Positions 9,013-17,784 of a stretch of DNA of 33,091 nt are shown piece after piece. How positions within the stretch are numbered: the first letter of the stretch is position 1; the number at the start of each line of letters is the position of its first letter. Made by a program: the position numbers and the translations under genes. The stretch comes from a virus. Lineage: Duplodnaviria; Caudoviricetes. Where the stretch lies: positions 1 through 33,091 of the IMG/VR virus record IMGVR_UViG_3300010052_000179. One strand, given 5' to 3'. The notes under the pieces are model-generated. The model did no database searches. It saw only the letters and a list, made by a program, of their open reading frames with translations, and had not been told where the DNA came from.

Positions 9013-9695
9013 AACCAGAAGAGATCGAGGCATTGTCGGCGACCATGGCCGCTGTGGTGCGCGAGCAGGTCGACGCTGCTACGCGCCCGCTGCTGGAGCG
9101 CATCGCAAGCTTGGAGGCCCGAGAGCCCCCGACGGTGATAACTGAAAAAGGCGACCAGGGCGAACGCGGACAGGACGGCATCGACGGTAAGGATGGGCTC
9201 GACGGTAAGGATGGAAGGGACGGCCTCGACGCCGTCGAGTTCATCCGTGACGCCAACGGCCACCTTATCGCAACCCTGAGCAACGGAACTACAAAGGACC
9301 TCGGCAAGGTCGATGGGGACAAAGGCGCGACCGGCAAAGATGGTCGTGACGGCGCCGATGGTGTCGGCTTCGACGACCTCGACGTCATCCACGACGGCGT
9401 GCGCGGTTTCACGTTCCGCTTCACCAAGGGTGACCGGGTGAAGGAGTTCCCGTTCACCCTCCCGGTCGTGATCGACAAGGGCATCTATCGCGACGGCACC
9501 GGGTATGATGCCGGCGACGGCGTCACCTGGGCAGGGTCGTTCTGGATCGCGCAGGAAAACACGGCAGAGAAGCCCGACAGCGGCAAGGGATGGCGTCTGG
9601 CGGTAAAGAGAGGCCGGGACGGCAAAGACGCGCCTGCGGGGCCGGAAAAGTCGAAACAGCCCCTGCGCGTCGGCGTTCCGGCCAGGGGGGAATGA
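9009..9695 (+). CDS. Collagen-like (Gly-X-Y) head-associated protein
   Basis: GDQGERGQDGIDGKDGLDGKDGRDGLD and GDKGATGKDGRDGADG; C-terminal GIYRDGTGYDAGDGVTWAGSFWIA...WRLAVKRGRDGKD. Confidence 0.85.
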   Translation: MKPEEIEALSATMAAVVREQVDAATRPLLERIASLEAREPPTVITEKGDQGERGQDGIDGKDGLDGKDGRDGLDAVEFIRDANGHLIATLSNGTTKDLGKVDGDKGATGKDGRDGADGVGFDDLDVIHDGVRGFTFRFTKGDRVKEFPFTLPVVIDKGIYRDGTGYDAGDGVTWAGSFWIAQENTAEKPDSGKGWRLAVKRGRDGKDAPAGPEKSKQPLRVGVPARGE

Positions 9696-9698
9696 CCG

Positions 9699-10031
9699 AT
9701 GGCTGCGTTGGTCTCTCTCGACTTCGTCAAGCGGGCCCTCCGCGTTGCCGAATATGGCGACGGCGGAGAAGTGTTGCCGATCGAAGATGACGCTCTAATC
9801 CAGGGCTACGTGGATGCTGTAACCGAGGCGGTTCTTCGATATCTGCGCGCCAGGGACAACGACTGGACGGAAGCGACGCTACCAAAAGCGGTTCGGCTGG
9901 CAATCGTGCTCGGCGTGAACTCGCTCTACGACACCGAACAGGCCGAGCTGCTGTCAGGTCTTGGCTCTTCCGATCCCAAAAATCCGATGGTTGCGCTGCT
10001 CTGCATGATGCGCAAGCCAACTCTGGCGTAG
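9699..10031 (+). CDS. Head-tail connector (gp6-like)
   Basis: LVSLDFVKRALRV...DDALIQGYVDA...PKAVRLAI; position after portal region. Confidence 0.8.
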   Translation: MAALVSLDFVKRALRVAEYGDGGEVLPIEDDALIQGYVDAVTEAVLRYLRARDNDWTEATLPKAVRLAIVLGVNSLYDTEQAELLSGLGSSDPKNPMVALLCMMRKPTLA

Positions 10032-10044
10032 GAGGAAAGCCGCA

Positions 10045-10227
10045 ATGGCCCGTGTACGTTTCACCGAGGATTTTGACTACAAGCCGACGCCTCAGTCGAC
10101 GATCGGTTATCTGGCCGGCATGGAAGAGACAGTGAAGCGGGATTGTGCCGACCAGGCGATTGCCGCTGGTAAGGCCAAGATTCTCCGTAATCCAACGAAG
10201 GCTGAAACTGATGCCGGGCGCAAGTGA
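10045..10227 (+). CDS. Small phage hypothetical protein
   Basis: AGGAGG RBS; MARVRFTEDFDYKP...AIAAGKA. Confidence 0.75.
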   Translation: MARVRFTEDFDYKPTPQSTIGYLAGMEETVKRDCADQAIAAGKAKILRNPTKAETDAGRK

Positions 10228-10552
10228 TCTCCGCCACCGCGCGGCTTTTGACCGGCGCGTCAAAGTGGATGACGGAGCAGGCAACACCGAAGGCGAGGAA
10301 TGGCAGGAACAGTTCACGCGCCGCGCGGCGTATATCTACGCTGGTGGTGGCGAGACAGCTATGGCCGCGAGGTTGGAAGGTCGCGGCGTTCTCAAGGTCC
10401 GCGTCCGCTCGTGCTCTCAGACCCGTCGTATTCGGCAAGACTGGCAAATGAGGGATGTGTGGGAAGGCACCATCTACGCTGTCAAGGAAGTCGATGCGGT
10501 GACCAATCGACAGTGGGTGTACCTCGTCGTCGAGCGAGGCGTTGCCTCCTGA
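10211..10552 (+). CDS. Head closure / head-tail adaptor
   Basis: MPGASDLRHRAAFDRR..DDGAGN..W...GGETAMAARLEG...YAVKEV. Confidence 0.8.
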   Translation: MPGASDLRHRAAFDRRVKVDDGAGNTEGEEWQEQFTRRAAYIYAGGGETAMAARLEGRGVLKVRVRSCSQTRRIRQDWQMRDVWEGTIYAVKEVDAVTNRQWVYLVVERGVAS

Positions 10553-11004
10553 TGGCGAGCGCAACGAAGATCCTCGGGCTTGCCAAGTTGCAGCGGAAGA
10601 TTTCTCGGCTTCCAAAAGTGGCGCGCGAAACGATACAGGCCGCAATGGAGAAAGTGGCGGACGATATCGTCGCCATGATGAAATCTCTTGTGTCTGTCAG
10701 CGCCGACGGTTCGCATGGAAATGCGCCCGGTACGTTGCGAGACAGCATCGGATGGACCTGGGGAAAGGCGCCGAAAGGTTCCACGGTGTTTGCCTCGGTC
10801 AATGCCAGCCTTGGCGGCGACCTCACAATCACACTCTATGCCGGCAACACCGAAGCGTTTTATGCGCGATGGGAGGAGTTCGGAACGCAGAAGTCGCCTG
10901 CGTCTCCCTACTTCTATGTGTCATGGCGCGCAAATAAGCGATCCGCCAAGCGCGAGATTCGCGCGGCGACAAGGCGAGCTGCAAGACAGGTGTCTGCCTC
11001 ATGA
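10552..11004 (+). CDS. HK97 gp10-like tail completion protein
   Basis: GLAKLQRKISRLP...GTLRDSIGW...AFYARWEEFGTQKSPASPYF. Confidence 0.85.
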   Translation: MASATKILGLAKLQRKISRLPKVARETIQAAMEKVADDIVAMMKSLVSVSADGSHGNAPGTLRDSIGWTWGKAPKGSTVFASVNASLGGDLTITLYAGNTEAFYARWEEFGTQKSPASPYFYVSWRANKRSAKREIRAATRRAARQVSAS

Positions 11005-11426
11005 CTTCGCCATCTCATGAACTTCAAGTCGCAATCGTGACCCGCTTGAAGGCCGCGGCCGAGGTCACAGCTTTGGTCGGCCAGCGGGTCTACGATAGCG
11101 TGCCGTCTGAAGCAGATCGGACCACCGCCACCGGCAAGGCTTGGCCTTATATCTCGATGGGGCCGAGCGATGAGCTTAGCGACGATGCTGAATGCATCGA
11201 CGGATTCGAGATCACGTTTCAGGTTGACGCGTGGTCGCGCGCTGTTGGCTATCCGGAGGTCCGCAAAATAGCCGACGCGGTGCGGCGCGCGCTGAAGTCC
11301 GGCATGGGCCTAACGGATAATGCGATGGTGTCTTTCGATCATCGCATCACCCGCATGCTTCGCGATCCTGATCCGCAAACCAGTCACGCGGCGATCACAT
11401 TCCTGGCGATCGTCGAACAGCCCTAA
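11001..11426 (+). CDS. Tail terminator (DUF3168-like)
   Basis: ELQVAIVTRL...VGQRVYDSVP...PYISMG...VDAWSR..GYPEVRKIADAVRRAL. Confidence 0.85.
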   Translation: MTSPSHELQVAIVTRLKAAAEVTALVGQRVYDSVPSEADRTTATGKAWPYISMGPSDELSDDAECIDGFEITFQVDAWSRAVGYPEVRKIADAVRRALKSGMGLTDNAMVSFDHRITRMLRDPDPQTSHAAITFLAIVEQP

Positions 11427-11502
11427 TCCAACTTCCTCACCACATTTCCCATTCCCGCCGCTCGAGCGGGTGTTTCGTGTTGCCAGCACAGGAGAACTCA
11501 CC

Positions 11503-11946
11503 ATGGCACAGCCGGTAACTACCAAAGGCGGCAAGTTTCGCGTCCTCTTGGGCGACGATGCAACGCCGACCGTCTACACCGCACCCTGCGGGTTTCTTTC
11601 GAAATCGCTGACCCTCACAAAGGGCCTCGAAGAGGTCAACCTTCCGGATTGCCTCGATCCCGATAAGGTCCCGTGGGTCGGACGTGACGCGTCCAGCCTT
11701 TCCATGAGTGTCAGCGGCGAAGGCGTTCTTGCAGCTGAAAGCGTCGAGACCTGGCTTGATGCATGGGAGAACACCGAGTCGGTCCCGGCCAAGATCGAGA
11801 TCGAGTTCCCGGCGAAGACGATCACGTGGACCGGCCGCATGCATGTCGGCACCGTCACCATGGGTCATCCGACAGCACAGGGCCGCGTCACCAACAACGT
11901 CGAAATGTCGAGCGACGGTGAAATGGTCAGGACGGTGACGCCCTGA
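11503..11946 (+). CDS. Major tail tube protein
   Basis: AGGAGA RBS before ATG 11503; PCGFLSKSLTL, SMSVSGEGV, EMSSDGEM. Confidence 0.85.
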   Translation: MAQPVTTKGGKFRVLLGDDATPTVYTAPCGFLSKSLTLTKGLEEVNLPDCLDPDKVPWVGRDASSLSMSVSGEGVLAAESVETWLDAWENTESVPAKIEIEFPAKTITWTGRMHVGTVTMGHPTAQGRVTNNVEMSSDGEMVRTVTP

Positions 11947-12305
11947 TGCGTGACGCGTCAATCACGCTTCCTTGGGCAGACGGAGATCATATTTTCCGTC
12001 TGGCCTGGGGTGAACTCGAGTTGCTGCAGGAAACCTGCGATGCCGGGCCGTATGTCATCCTCGACAGGCTGACAAACGGGACATGGCGCATGCAGGACAT
12101 CTCCGCCACCATCCGCCTTGCGCTGATCGGAGGCGGGCTCGAACCCGCGAAGGCTCTGACCCTCGTGCGCCAGTATGTAGAAACTCGCCCGCCGGTCGAA
12201 AACCTTCAGTTAGCCCAAGCGGTCTTGAGCGCCGGCTGCGTCGGCGCTCCCGACGAAGAGCTCGGTAAAAAAAAAGAGCACGCGACAGCGGACGAGACGA
12301 CCTAG
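11946..12305 (+). CDS. Tail assembly chaperone (G; GTA-gp10-like)
   Basis: WADGDHIFRLAWGELELLQE..DAGP...IRLALIGGG; lies between tail tube and tape measure. Confidence 0.85.
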   Translation: MRDASITLPWADGDHIFRLAWGELELLQETCDAGPYVILDRLTNGTWRMQDISATIRLALIGGGLEPAKALTLVRQYVETRPPVENLQLAQAVLSAGCVGAPDEELGKKKEHATADETT

Positions 12306-12511
12306 ACGCCCTTCCGAACGGTAAGGTTCGTTTTGCTGGCATATATGGCAATGGCGCAGCCATGGGCTTCACCCCGCAGCAGGTCCGCGCCATGTCCATG
12401 TGGCAATACCTTGCCGCAAAAGAGGGCTATGAGCGAGCCAATGACCCCGATGCAGGTAAGGAACTGACAGAGGGCGAGGCCGACGATCTGTGGGCTTGGC
12501 TCAACGCCTAG
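12275..12511 (+). CDS. -1 frameshift extension of the tail chaperone (GT-like), not in the ORF track
   Basis: A9 run at 12267-12275; the -1 frame reads RARDSGRDDLDALPNGKVRFAGIYGNGAAMGFTPQQVRAMSMWQYLAAKEGY...DDLWAWLNA*. Confidence 0.8.
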   Translation, partial: RARDSGRDDLDALPNGKVRFAGIYGNGAAMGFTPQQVRAMSMWQYLAAKEGYERANDPDAGKELTEGEADDLWAWLNA

Positions 12512-12711
12512 TTCGTCCCGCACTTCGCCTCGAGTGCGGCGATTTCTGCCTGGACTGTCTGGCTAGGCGTTACGATCTTGGCGCCGGTTTTCAGGCCATT
12601 GAGGCGGCCGCGCTCATAGCCGGTGCACGTGTTCGGATCTGCGGGCGTTGTAGTGCAGCCGGCAGAGAGAGCAAGGCCTGCGGCCGCCAGCAAGATGGCA
12701 ATTGGTTTCAT
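12508..12711 (-). CDS. Small lipoprotein, opposite-strand accessory gene (67 aa)
   Basis: GGGGA RBS; signal peptide II MKPIAILLAAAGLALSAG-C; two further Cys. Confidence 0.75.
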   Translation of the reverse strand: MKPIAILLAAAGLALSAGCTTTPADPNTCTGYERGRLNGLKTGAKIVTPSQTVQAEIAALEAKCGTN

Positions 12712-12776
12712 CTGTTCCCCCGGTGTCTCAGAGCATCATCTGATGTCTCTGCACAACCTATCCGTCAAGAGGCCTC

Positions 12777-15700
12777 ATGGCTACCGACCTAGAAAAACTC
12801 GTGGTGCAGCTTTCGGCTGACATCAAGGGATACGAGCGCGAAATGCGCAAGGCTCAGGGTGTCACCGATCGGCAGGCGAAGGCGATCGAGAACCGTTACC
12901 GGTCGATGAGCCGCACGCTCGACGGGATAGGTCAGCGCAGTGCGCGCGGACTGATCGCGCCCTTGACAGGCATTGCCGCCGCGCTGTCCGCCAAAGAAGT
13001 GCTGGACTATGCCGACGCTTGGACCCGGGCAAAGAACTCGCTATCGGTCGCCGGCGTTCAGGGGGCAGCACAAAAGCGCATCCTTGATGAACTCTATCAG
13101 TCGGCGCAGGCGAACGGCGCTCCGATCGAAGCGCTCACCGGATTGTATGGAAAGGCGGCGCAGGCCGGCGATGTGCTCGGGGCAAGCCAGTCGGACTTGA
13201 TCAAGTTTTCGGACGGTGTAGCAGTGGCCCTTCGCGTTGCCGGGACGAGTGCCGGCGCCGCAAACGGTGCTTTAACACAGCTTGGTCAGTTGCTGGGCTC
13301 AACGCGCGTCCAGGCCGAAGAATTCAACAGCGTCAATGATGGAGCGCGCCCGATACTTCAGGCCGTCGCGAACGGCCTCAACGAAGCCGGCGGTTCGGTG
13401 TCGAAGCTGAAGCAGCTCGTCAACGACGGCAAGGTATCAGGCCAACAGTTCTTCCAAGCTTTCCTGAAGGGCCTTCCGCAACTGAGAGAGCAAGCGGCAT
13501 CCGCCACGCAAACGCTTGAGCAGGGCTACACCAAGGTTGGCAATGCGCTGACGAAATACATCGGCGAGACCGATTCATCGCTGGGCGCGTCGCAGCGGCT
13601 TGTCCAGGCCTTGAATGCAATGGCCGATAATTTCGACACAGTTGCCGATGGTGTCCTGCAGGTTGCCTTCGTGATTGCGGGGGCGCTCGTCGGGCGGTCC
13701 CTGACCGGCATGATCCTTAAGCTTGGACTTGCCAGCACGGCCTTGTTCAAGTTTGTCGGCCTGCTGAGGCAGGCGAGGACCGCCGCGGCATTCGGAGCGC
13801 TCGGCAGCGGCCTTGGTCCTATCGGCGCTATCATTGGGGTTGCAGCGACGGCAGCCACGCTTTTTGCGACGTCCTCAGATCGCGCGGCGGTATCGACCGA
13901 GAATGCATCGGACAAGGCCAATCGCTATGCCGATGCCCTTAAGCGCGTCAGAGGTGAGGCGACCGGCGCAGGCGAAGCGGTCGAAAAGAGTGCGGCCAAG
14001 TTCGTTGAGACGGAAACGCGCCGCCTTTCCGACCGGCTTCAGGACGACCGCGCGGAATTCGAGAAAGCAGCCGAGGAGGTGCGCGACGCCGTGGGTGGTG
14101 CGCTTGGCCGGCTGATGGATGTCAAAGACCTCTATGGCGATGATCCTGTTTTCAAGCAGCAGGTCACCGCCTTGGAGACTGTACGGGATTCGCTCGACGG
14201 CACCGTTGACGGTTCAACAAAGGCCCAGGAAGCCCTTAACAGGTTGGCCCGTCTCGATCCCGGCTTTAGCGATCTTGCCGACCGTATGAACCCCCTGCTT
14301 GACAAGATCATCGGCATTAGCGCCGAGATTTCGGGCGCACAAGAAAAGCTGAAGACGTTCGGGGCCGGAGCGAACCTGAACGGTTTCCAGACAGAAGGCG
14401 GACGCGAGGCGCAGCGCGCTCGTGCTGCCAATGACTTCCTCAACAGCCAAATGGCGATCGAGACGCGCACCGCGAAGGAAAAAGAGCTAGCCGCGCTGAC
14501 CGAGAAATACCTGAAGGCCGCGCAGGAGGCTGGCAAGGCCATCACGGAAGCCGAAGCTCAGGCCAAGGCAAGGCTGACCCTTGAGAAACAGGCATCGCGG
14601 AGTTCATTCGAAGGCGTCATTTCCGGCTTCACAGATCGCGTCGTCGGTGCGGAGTCCGGTGGCGACCGGTTCGCAAAGAATAGCCGATCGTCGGCAACAG
14701 GACTTGGCCAGTTCATCGAAAGCACCTGGCTGTCGATGTTCAAAAAGCATTTTCCGGATCAGGCGGCCGGCCTGACCGACGCCGCTATTCTCGCTCTGCG
14801 GACGGACGCCAACTACTCGCGCAAGCTGATCGAGGCTTATGCGCGAGACAATGCCGCAGTGCTTCAGAAGGCTGGCGTCTCGGTCAATGAGGTCGCGTTG
14901 CAACTCGCGCACTTCCTCGGCCCTCAGGGCGCCGTCGCGGTGCTGAAAGCTGCGCCTGGCACGCCGGTTTCGCAGGTGCTTGGACCGGGCGCGATCAAAG
15001 CCAATCCAGAAGTGCTTGGCGGCAACAAGACCGTTGATGACGTCATTGCCTACGGCCAGAAGCGCGCTGGTATGACAACCAGCGGCACCGACCGCCTCGA
15101 TGCCCGCGCAAACTTCGACAAGGCGTTGAAGGAACAGCAGCGGTTTATCGATTCGCTGAAGGCCGAAACTGCAATCCGCGCCGCTCTCAATCCATTGGTC
15201 GATGATTACGGTCGGGCGATGAGCACGATCGAGGCGGCGCAGTTCCTTCTCACCGAAGCGCAGCGCGAAGGCACTGACGCCGGCAAGGAACTGAAGGATG
15301 TCCAGCAGCTCCTGCATGGCGATCTCTCGAAGCTGTCACCGGCAGCCCGCGAACAGGCCCTCGCGATGCGAGCCCTGGCCGAAGAAACCGGAAAAGCAGA
15401 AGCGGCCGGAAACCAGCTCACTGAAACGCAGGGCAGGATCGCTGAGAATTCTCGCGAACTGTCGAGCTTCACAAAGGGCATCCTGAGCGGCTTTATCCAA
15501 GACCTGAAATCCGGCAAATCAGCCGGCGAAGCGTTGAGCAACGTCCTCGGAAAGCTGGCTGATCGCCTGCTCGAGGTCGGCGTCAATTGGCTGGTTGACG
15601 GCCCGAAGCAGGGGTCTGGCGGCGGGTTGCTCGGCGGCATCTTTAGCGGCATCCGGTCACTGCTCGGCTTCGATAAGGGCGGGTACACGGGGAACGCTGG

Positions 15701-16055
15701 CGTCGACGAGCCTGCGGGCGTGGTGCACGGCAAGGAGTTCGTCGTCAACGCCAAGGCAACGGCTAAAAACCGCGGCCTTCTGGAGGCGATCAACAAGGGC
15801 CTGCCCGGCTTCAAAGATGGCGGCTATGTGGGGAGCATGTCCGCGCCGATACTGTCACGGCAGCGTTCGGGCACTGATCAGTCAGGCCAGCGCCCTGTAG
15901 CTTATATCAGTCAGACTTTCCCGATCTCCGGTGCGATCAGCGGGAAGGATGTCCAGGCCATGGTTAGGCAGGGCGCGGCAAATGCCGTCGATCAGGTCAA
16001 GCAGAACCTGCAGGGCTGGCAGGTTCAACTCCAGCGTGACGGGGGTCTCTCTTGA
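12777..16055 (+). CDS. Tape measure protein with internal lytic transglycosylase-like domain
   Basis: MATDLEKLVVQLSAD; tape-measure motif QLGQLLGS...AEEFNSV; ESGG...SSATGLGQFIESTW...LAHFLG; C-terminal GGYTG...PAGVVHGKEFVVNA. Confidence 0.93.
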   Translation: MATDLEKLVVQLSADIKGYEREMRKAQGVTDRQAKAIENRYRSMSRTLDGIGQRSARGLIAPLTGIAAALSAKEVLDYADAWTRAKNSLSVAGVQGAAQKRILDELYQSAQANGAPIEALTGLYGKAAQAGDVLGASQSDLIKFSDGVAVALRVAGTSAGAANGALTQLGQLLGSTRVQAEEFNSVNDGARPILQAVANGLNEAGGSVSKLKQLVNDGKVSGQQFFQAFLKGLPQLREQAASATQTLEQGYTKVGNALTKYIGETDSSLGASQRLVQALNAMADNFDTVADGVLQVAFVIAGALVGRSLTGMILKLGLASTALFKFVGLLRQARTAAAFGALGSGLGPIGAIIGVAATAATLFATSSDRAAVSTENASDKANRYADALKRVRGEATGAGEAVEKSAAKFVETETRRLSDRLQDDRAEFEKAAEEVRDAVGGALGRLMDVKDLYGDDPVFKQQVTALETVRDSLDGTVDGSTKAQEALNRLARLDPGFSDLADRMNPLLDKIIGISAEISGAQEKLKTFGAGANLNGFQTEGGREAQRARAANDFLNSQMAIETRTAKEKELAALTEKYLKAAQEAGKAITEAEAQAKARLTLEKQASRSSFEGVISGFTDRVVGAESGGDRFAKNSRSSATGLGQFIESTWLSMFKKHFPDQAAGLTDAAILALRTDANYSRKLIEAYARDNAAVLQKAGVSVNEVALQLAHFLGPQGAVAVLKAAPGTPVSQVLGPGAIKANPEVLGGNKTVDDVIAYGQKRAGMTTSGTDRLDARANFDKALKEQQRFIDSLKAETAIRAALNPLVDDYGRAMSTIEAAQFLLTEAQREGTDAGKELKDVQQLLHGDLSKLSPAAREQALAMRALAEETGKAEAAGNQLTETQGRIAENSRELSSFTKGILSGFIQDLKSGKSAGEALSNVLGKLADRLLEVGVNWLVDGPKQGSGGGLLGGIFSGIRSLLGFDKGGYTGNAGVDEPAGVVHGKEFVVNAKATAKNRGLLEAINKGLPGFKDGGYVGSMSAPILSRQRSGTDQSGQRPVAYISQTFPISGAISGKDVQAMVRQGAANAVDQVKQNLQGWQVQLQRDGGLS

Positions 16056-16747
16056 TTTCGCCCAACATCTACGACTGGCCCGCATCGGTTCCATTTTTCA
16101 ACGGCGTTTTCCATGCCGGCGGTCAGGCACATGACGGCGGCTTTACCACTGGTGGCGTTGCGGTTTTGCTTCCTGAGCCTGGGGGGCGTGCCTTCATGGA
16201 TGTCGAGTTTCGCTACGCTCCGAAATGCAGTGCTGCGATCGTGAGTTGGTTGATCTCAAAGGTCAAAAACGGGACCGTGTTTCGCGTCCCTGTCTTCAAC
16301 TCACCACAGCTAGTTCCCGCTGCTGACTTGGGGATTTCGATCTCAAAGGCCGATCAATCGAAGGGGCTTCCTTGGAGCAACGCCCAATCGTGGGACAACG
16401 GCCAGAATTGGGACTTCGAACCAGTTGCCATCGCGTCGGCCGCGTCCTTGGACGGAACGACCACGATCCACGTCGATATGGGATTGCTCGCCAAGGGGGT
16501 GAGCCACGGCCACGTGATCGGACATAAAGACGTTGCTTATGTTGTCGATGACATCACCTATTCTGGGTCGGTGGCAACGATCACCATAACGCCACCCCTG
16601 CGCCAGGACGTTGTCGCAGGTGATCTCGTTACTTTCCGCCCACGCATGCGTGCGACGGTATCGAACCCTGAGAACTTCAGGTCGTTGTTCGAGCGTGGGA
16701 AGTTCATTCGCCCGGGCGGCATCGTGTTTGTCGAGGCGATCGTATGA
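16052..16747 (+). CDS. Minor tail protein (distal-tail position)
   Basis: TTG start overlapping the tape-measure stop; beta-rich; TITPPLR motif; function assigned by synteny. Confidence 0.65.
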   Translation: MISPNIYDWPASVPFFNGVFHAGGQAHDGGFTTGGVAVLLPEPGGRAFMDVEFRYAPKCSAAIVSWLISKVKNGTVFRVPVFNSPQLVPAADLGISISKADQSKGLPWSNAQSWDNGQNWDFEPVAIASAASLDGTTTIHVDMGLLAKGVSHGHVIGHKDVAYVVDDITYSGSVATITITPPLRQDVVAGDLVTFRPRMRATVSNPENFRSLFERGKFIRPGGIVFVEAIV

Positions 16748-17382
16748 GCCTGTTTGACGACCGACTGGAAGAGTATCTTGGCGATGCCGACAGCCAGTCG
16801 GACATCCGCGCGATCGTTCGCAGATGCTGGTTCTATGACATCCAAGGCATTCCCATTCGCATGTGGCAAGGTCAGGGGAGGCTGTTCACCTCGGACGGCA
16901 ATATTTGGCTTGGTACCGTCGATGCTGCCGGCAACGACGTCCACAAGACGCCACGGATCTCCGACGGTCGGGACGGCACAGCGCTAACCTACGAATTCAG
17001 CCTCGGATACCTCGATCAGGAAACCTACGAAGGCATCAAGGCCGATCAGAACCGGATCGCCGAGCGCCCGCTGACCTGTTATCTCGCTCTCTTCCGGCTT
17101 GGCGGCGGCTTGCGGCCCGATACTCCAATCGAGTTCTTCAAGGAATTCACAATGATGTCGGCGCGTTTCGATGAAACGTTGGACCTGGTCGATACGTCGC
17201 TGGTGCGTCGCTACAAGGTTACGGTCATCGCGAAAGACGGCAACTCCGGTCGCTCAAGTACGCCTAGCCGCACGTACACCGACACCATGCAGAAAGAATA
17301 TGCGCGACAGCTTGGCGTCGAGAATGACCGCGGCTGCGAATTCATCGCCGGTCTCGCAAACAGAACCTACAAGCCGGACTGA
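16744..17382 (+). CDS. Minor tail / tail-tip protein
   Basis: IRMWQGQG...WLG, RTYTDTMQ...DRGCEF; coupled to neighbouring genes. Confidence 0.65.
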   Translation: MSLFDDRLEEYLGDADSQSDIRAIVRRCWFYDIQGIPIRMWQGQGRLFTSDGNIWLGTVDAAGNDVHKTPRISDGRDGTALTYEFSLGYLDQETYEGIKADQNRIAERPLTCYLALFRLGGGLRPDTPIEFFKEFTMMSARFDETLDLVDTSLVRRYKVTVIAKDGNSGRSSTPSRTYTDTMQKEYARQLGVENDRGCEFIAGLANRTYKPD

Positions 17383-17388
17383 CAAAAC

Positions 17389-17784
17389 ATGAATCGTGAA
17401 GAGATTTTGTGCGCCACGCTTCACCGCTGGCGGCAGACGGATTTTGTCTGGGAGCGGGCGGATTGCATGATGTCCGTCTTTGACTATGCGCGGGAGATCA
17501 CCGGTCGCGATGCCGGAGCCGAATGGCGGGGCACCTATCACGACGAGCCGAGCGCCATAGCCGTCCTGGCGGCGGCAGGTGGTGGGTTTGCCGGTATGCG
17601 CAGAGGCTTTGCCAGTATCGATGTGCCGCTCGTCGAGCGTGCCTTGCGCGGCGATCCGGTATGCGTCCGCATCGGTGGCCATGAGATCGGCGGCTTGTTC
17701 CTCGGTGAAATGACGGCTCTTCGCATGGCGCACGCCGGCGTTCTGGAAGTCCGCGTTCCTCACGTTGGGGTCTGGCGGCTATGA
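17389..17784 (+). CDS. NlpC/P60-like tail-tip protein (DUF6950-like)
   Basis: FVWERADC, ITGRD..AEWRGTY, ALRGD; position before the central tail gene. Confidence 0.7.
   Translation: MNREEILCATLHRWRQTDFVWERADCMMSVFDYAREITGRDAGAEWRGTYHDEPSAIAVLAAAGGGFAGMRRGFASIDVPLVERALRGDPVCVRIGGHEIGGLFLGEMTALRMAHAGVLEVRVPHVGVWRL

Noticed and set aside
9150-9230. Near-tandem GACGGTAAGGATGG repeats
   Set aside because: Explained by collagen Gly-X-Y codons; not CRISPR or a separate repeat element.
9699-12305. GTA-like connector and tail genes suggesting a gene transfer agent
   Set aside because: HNH and cos-type packaging context, a 1092-aa tape measure, morons and a linked lysis cassette fit a true prophage better.
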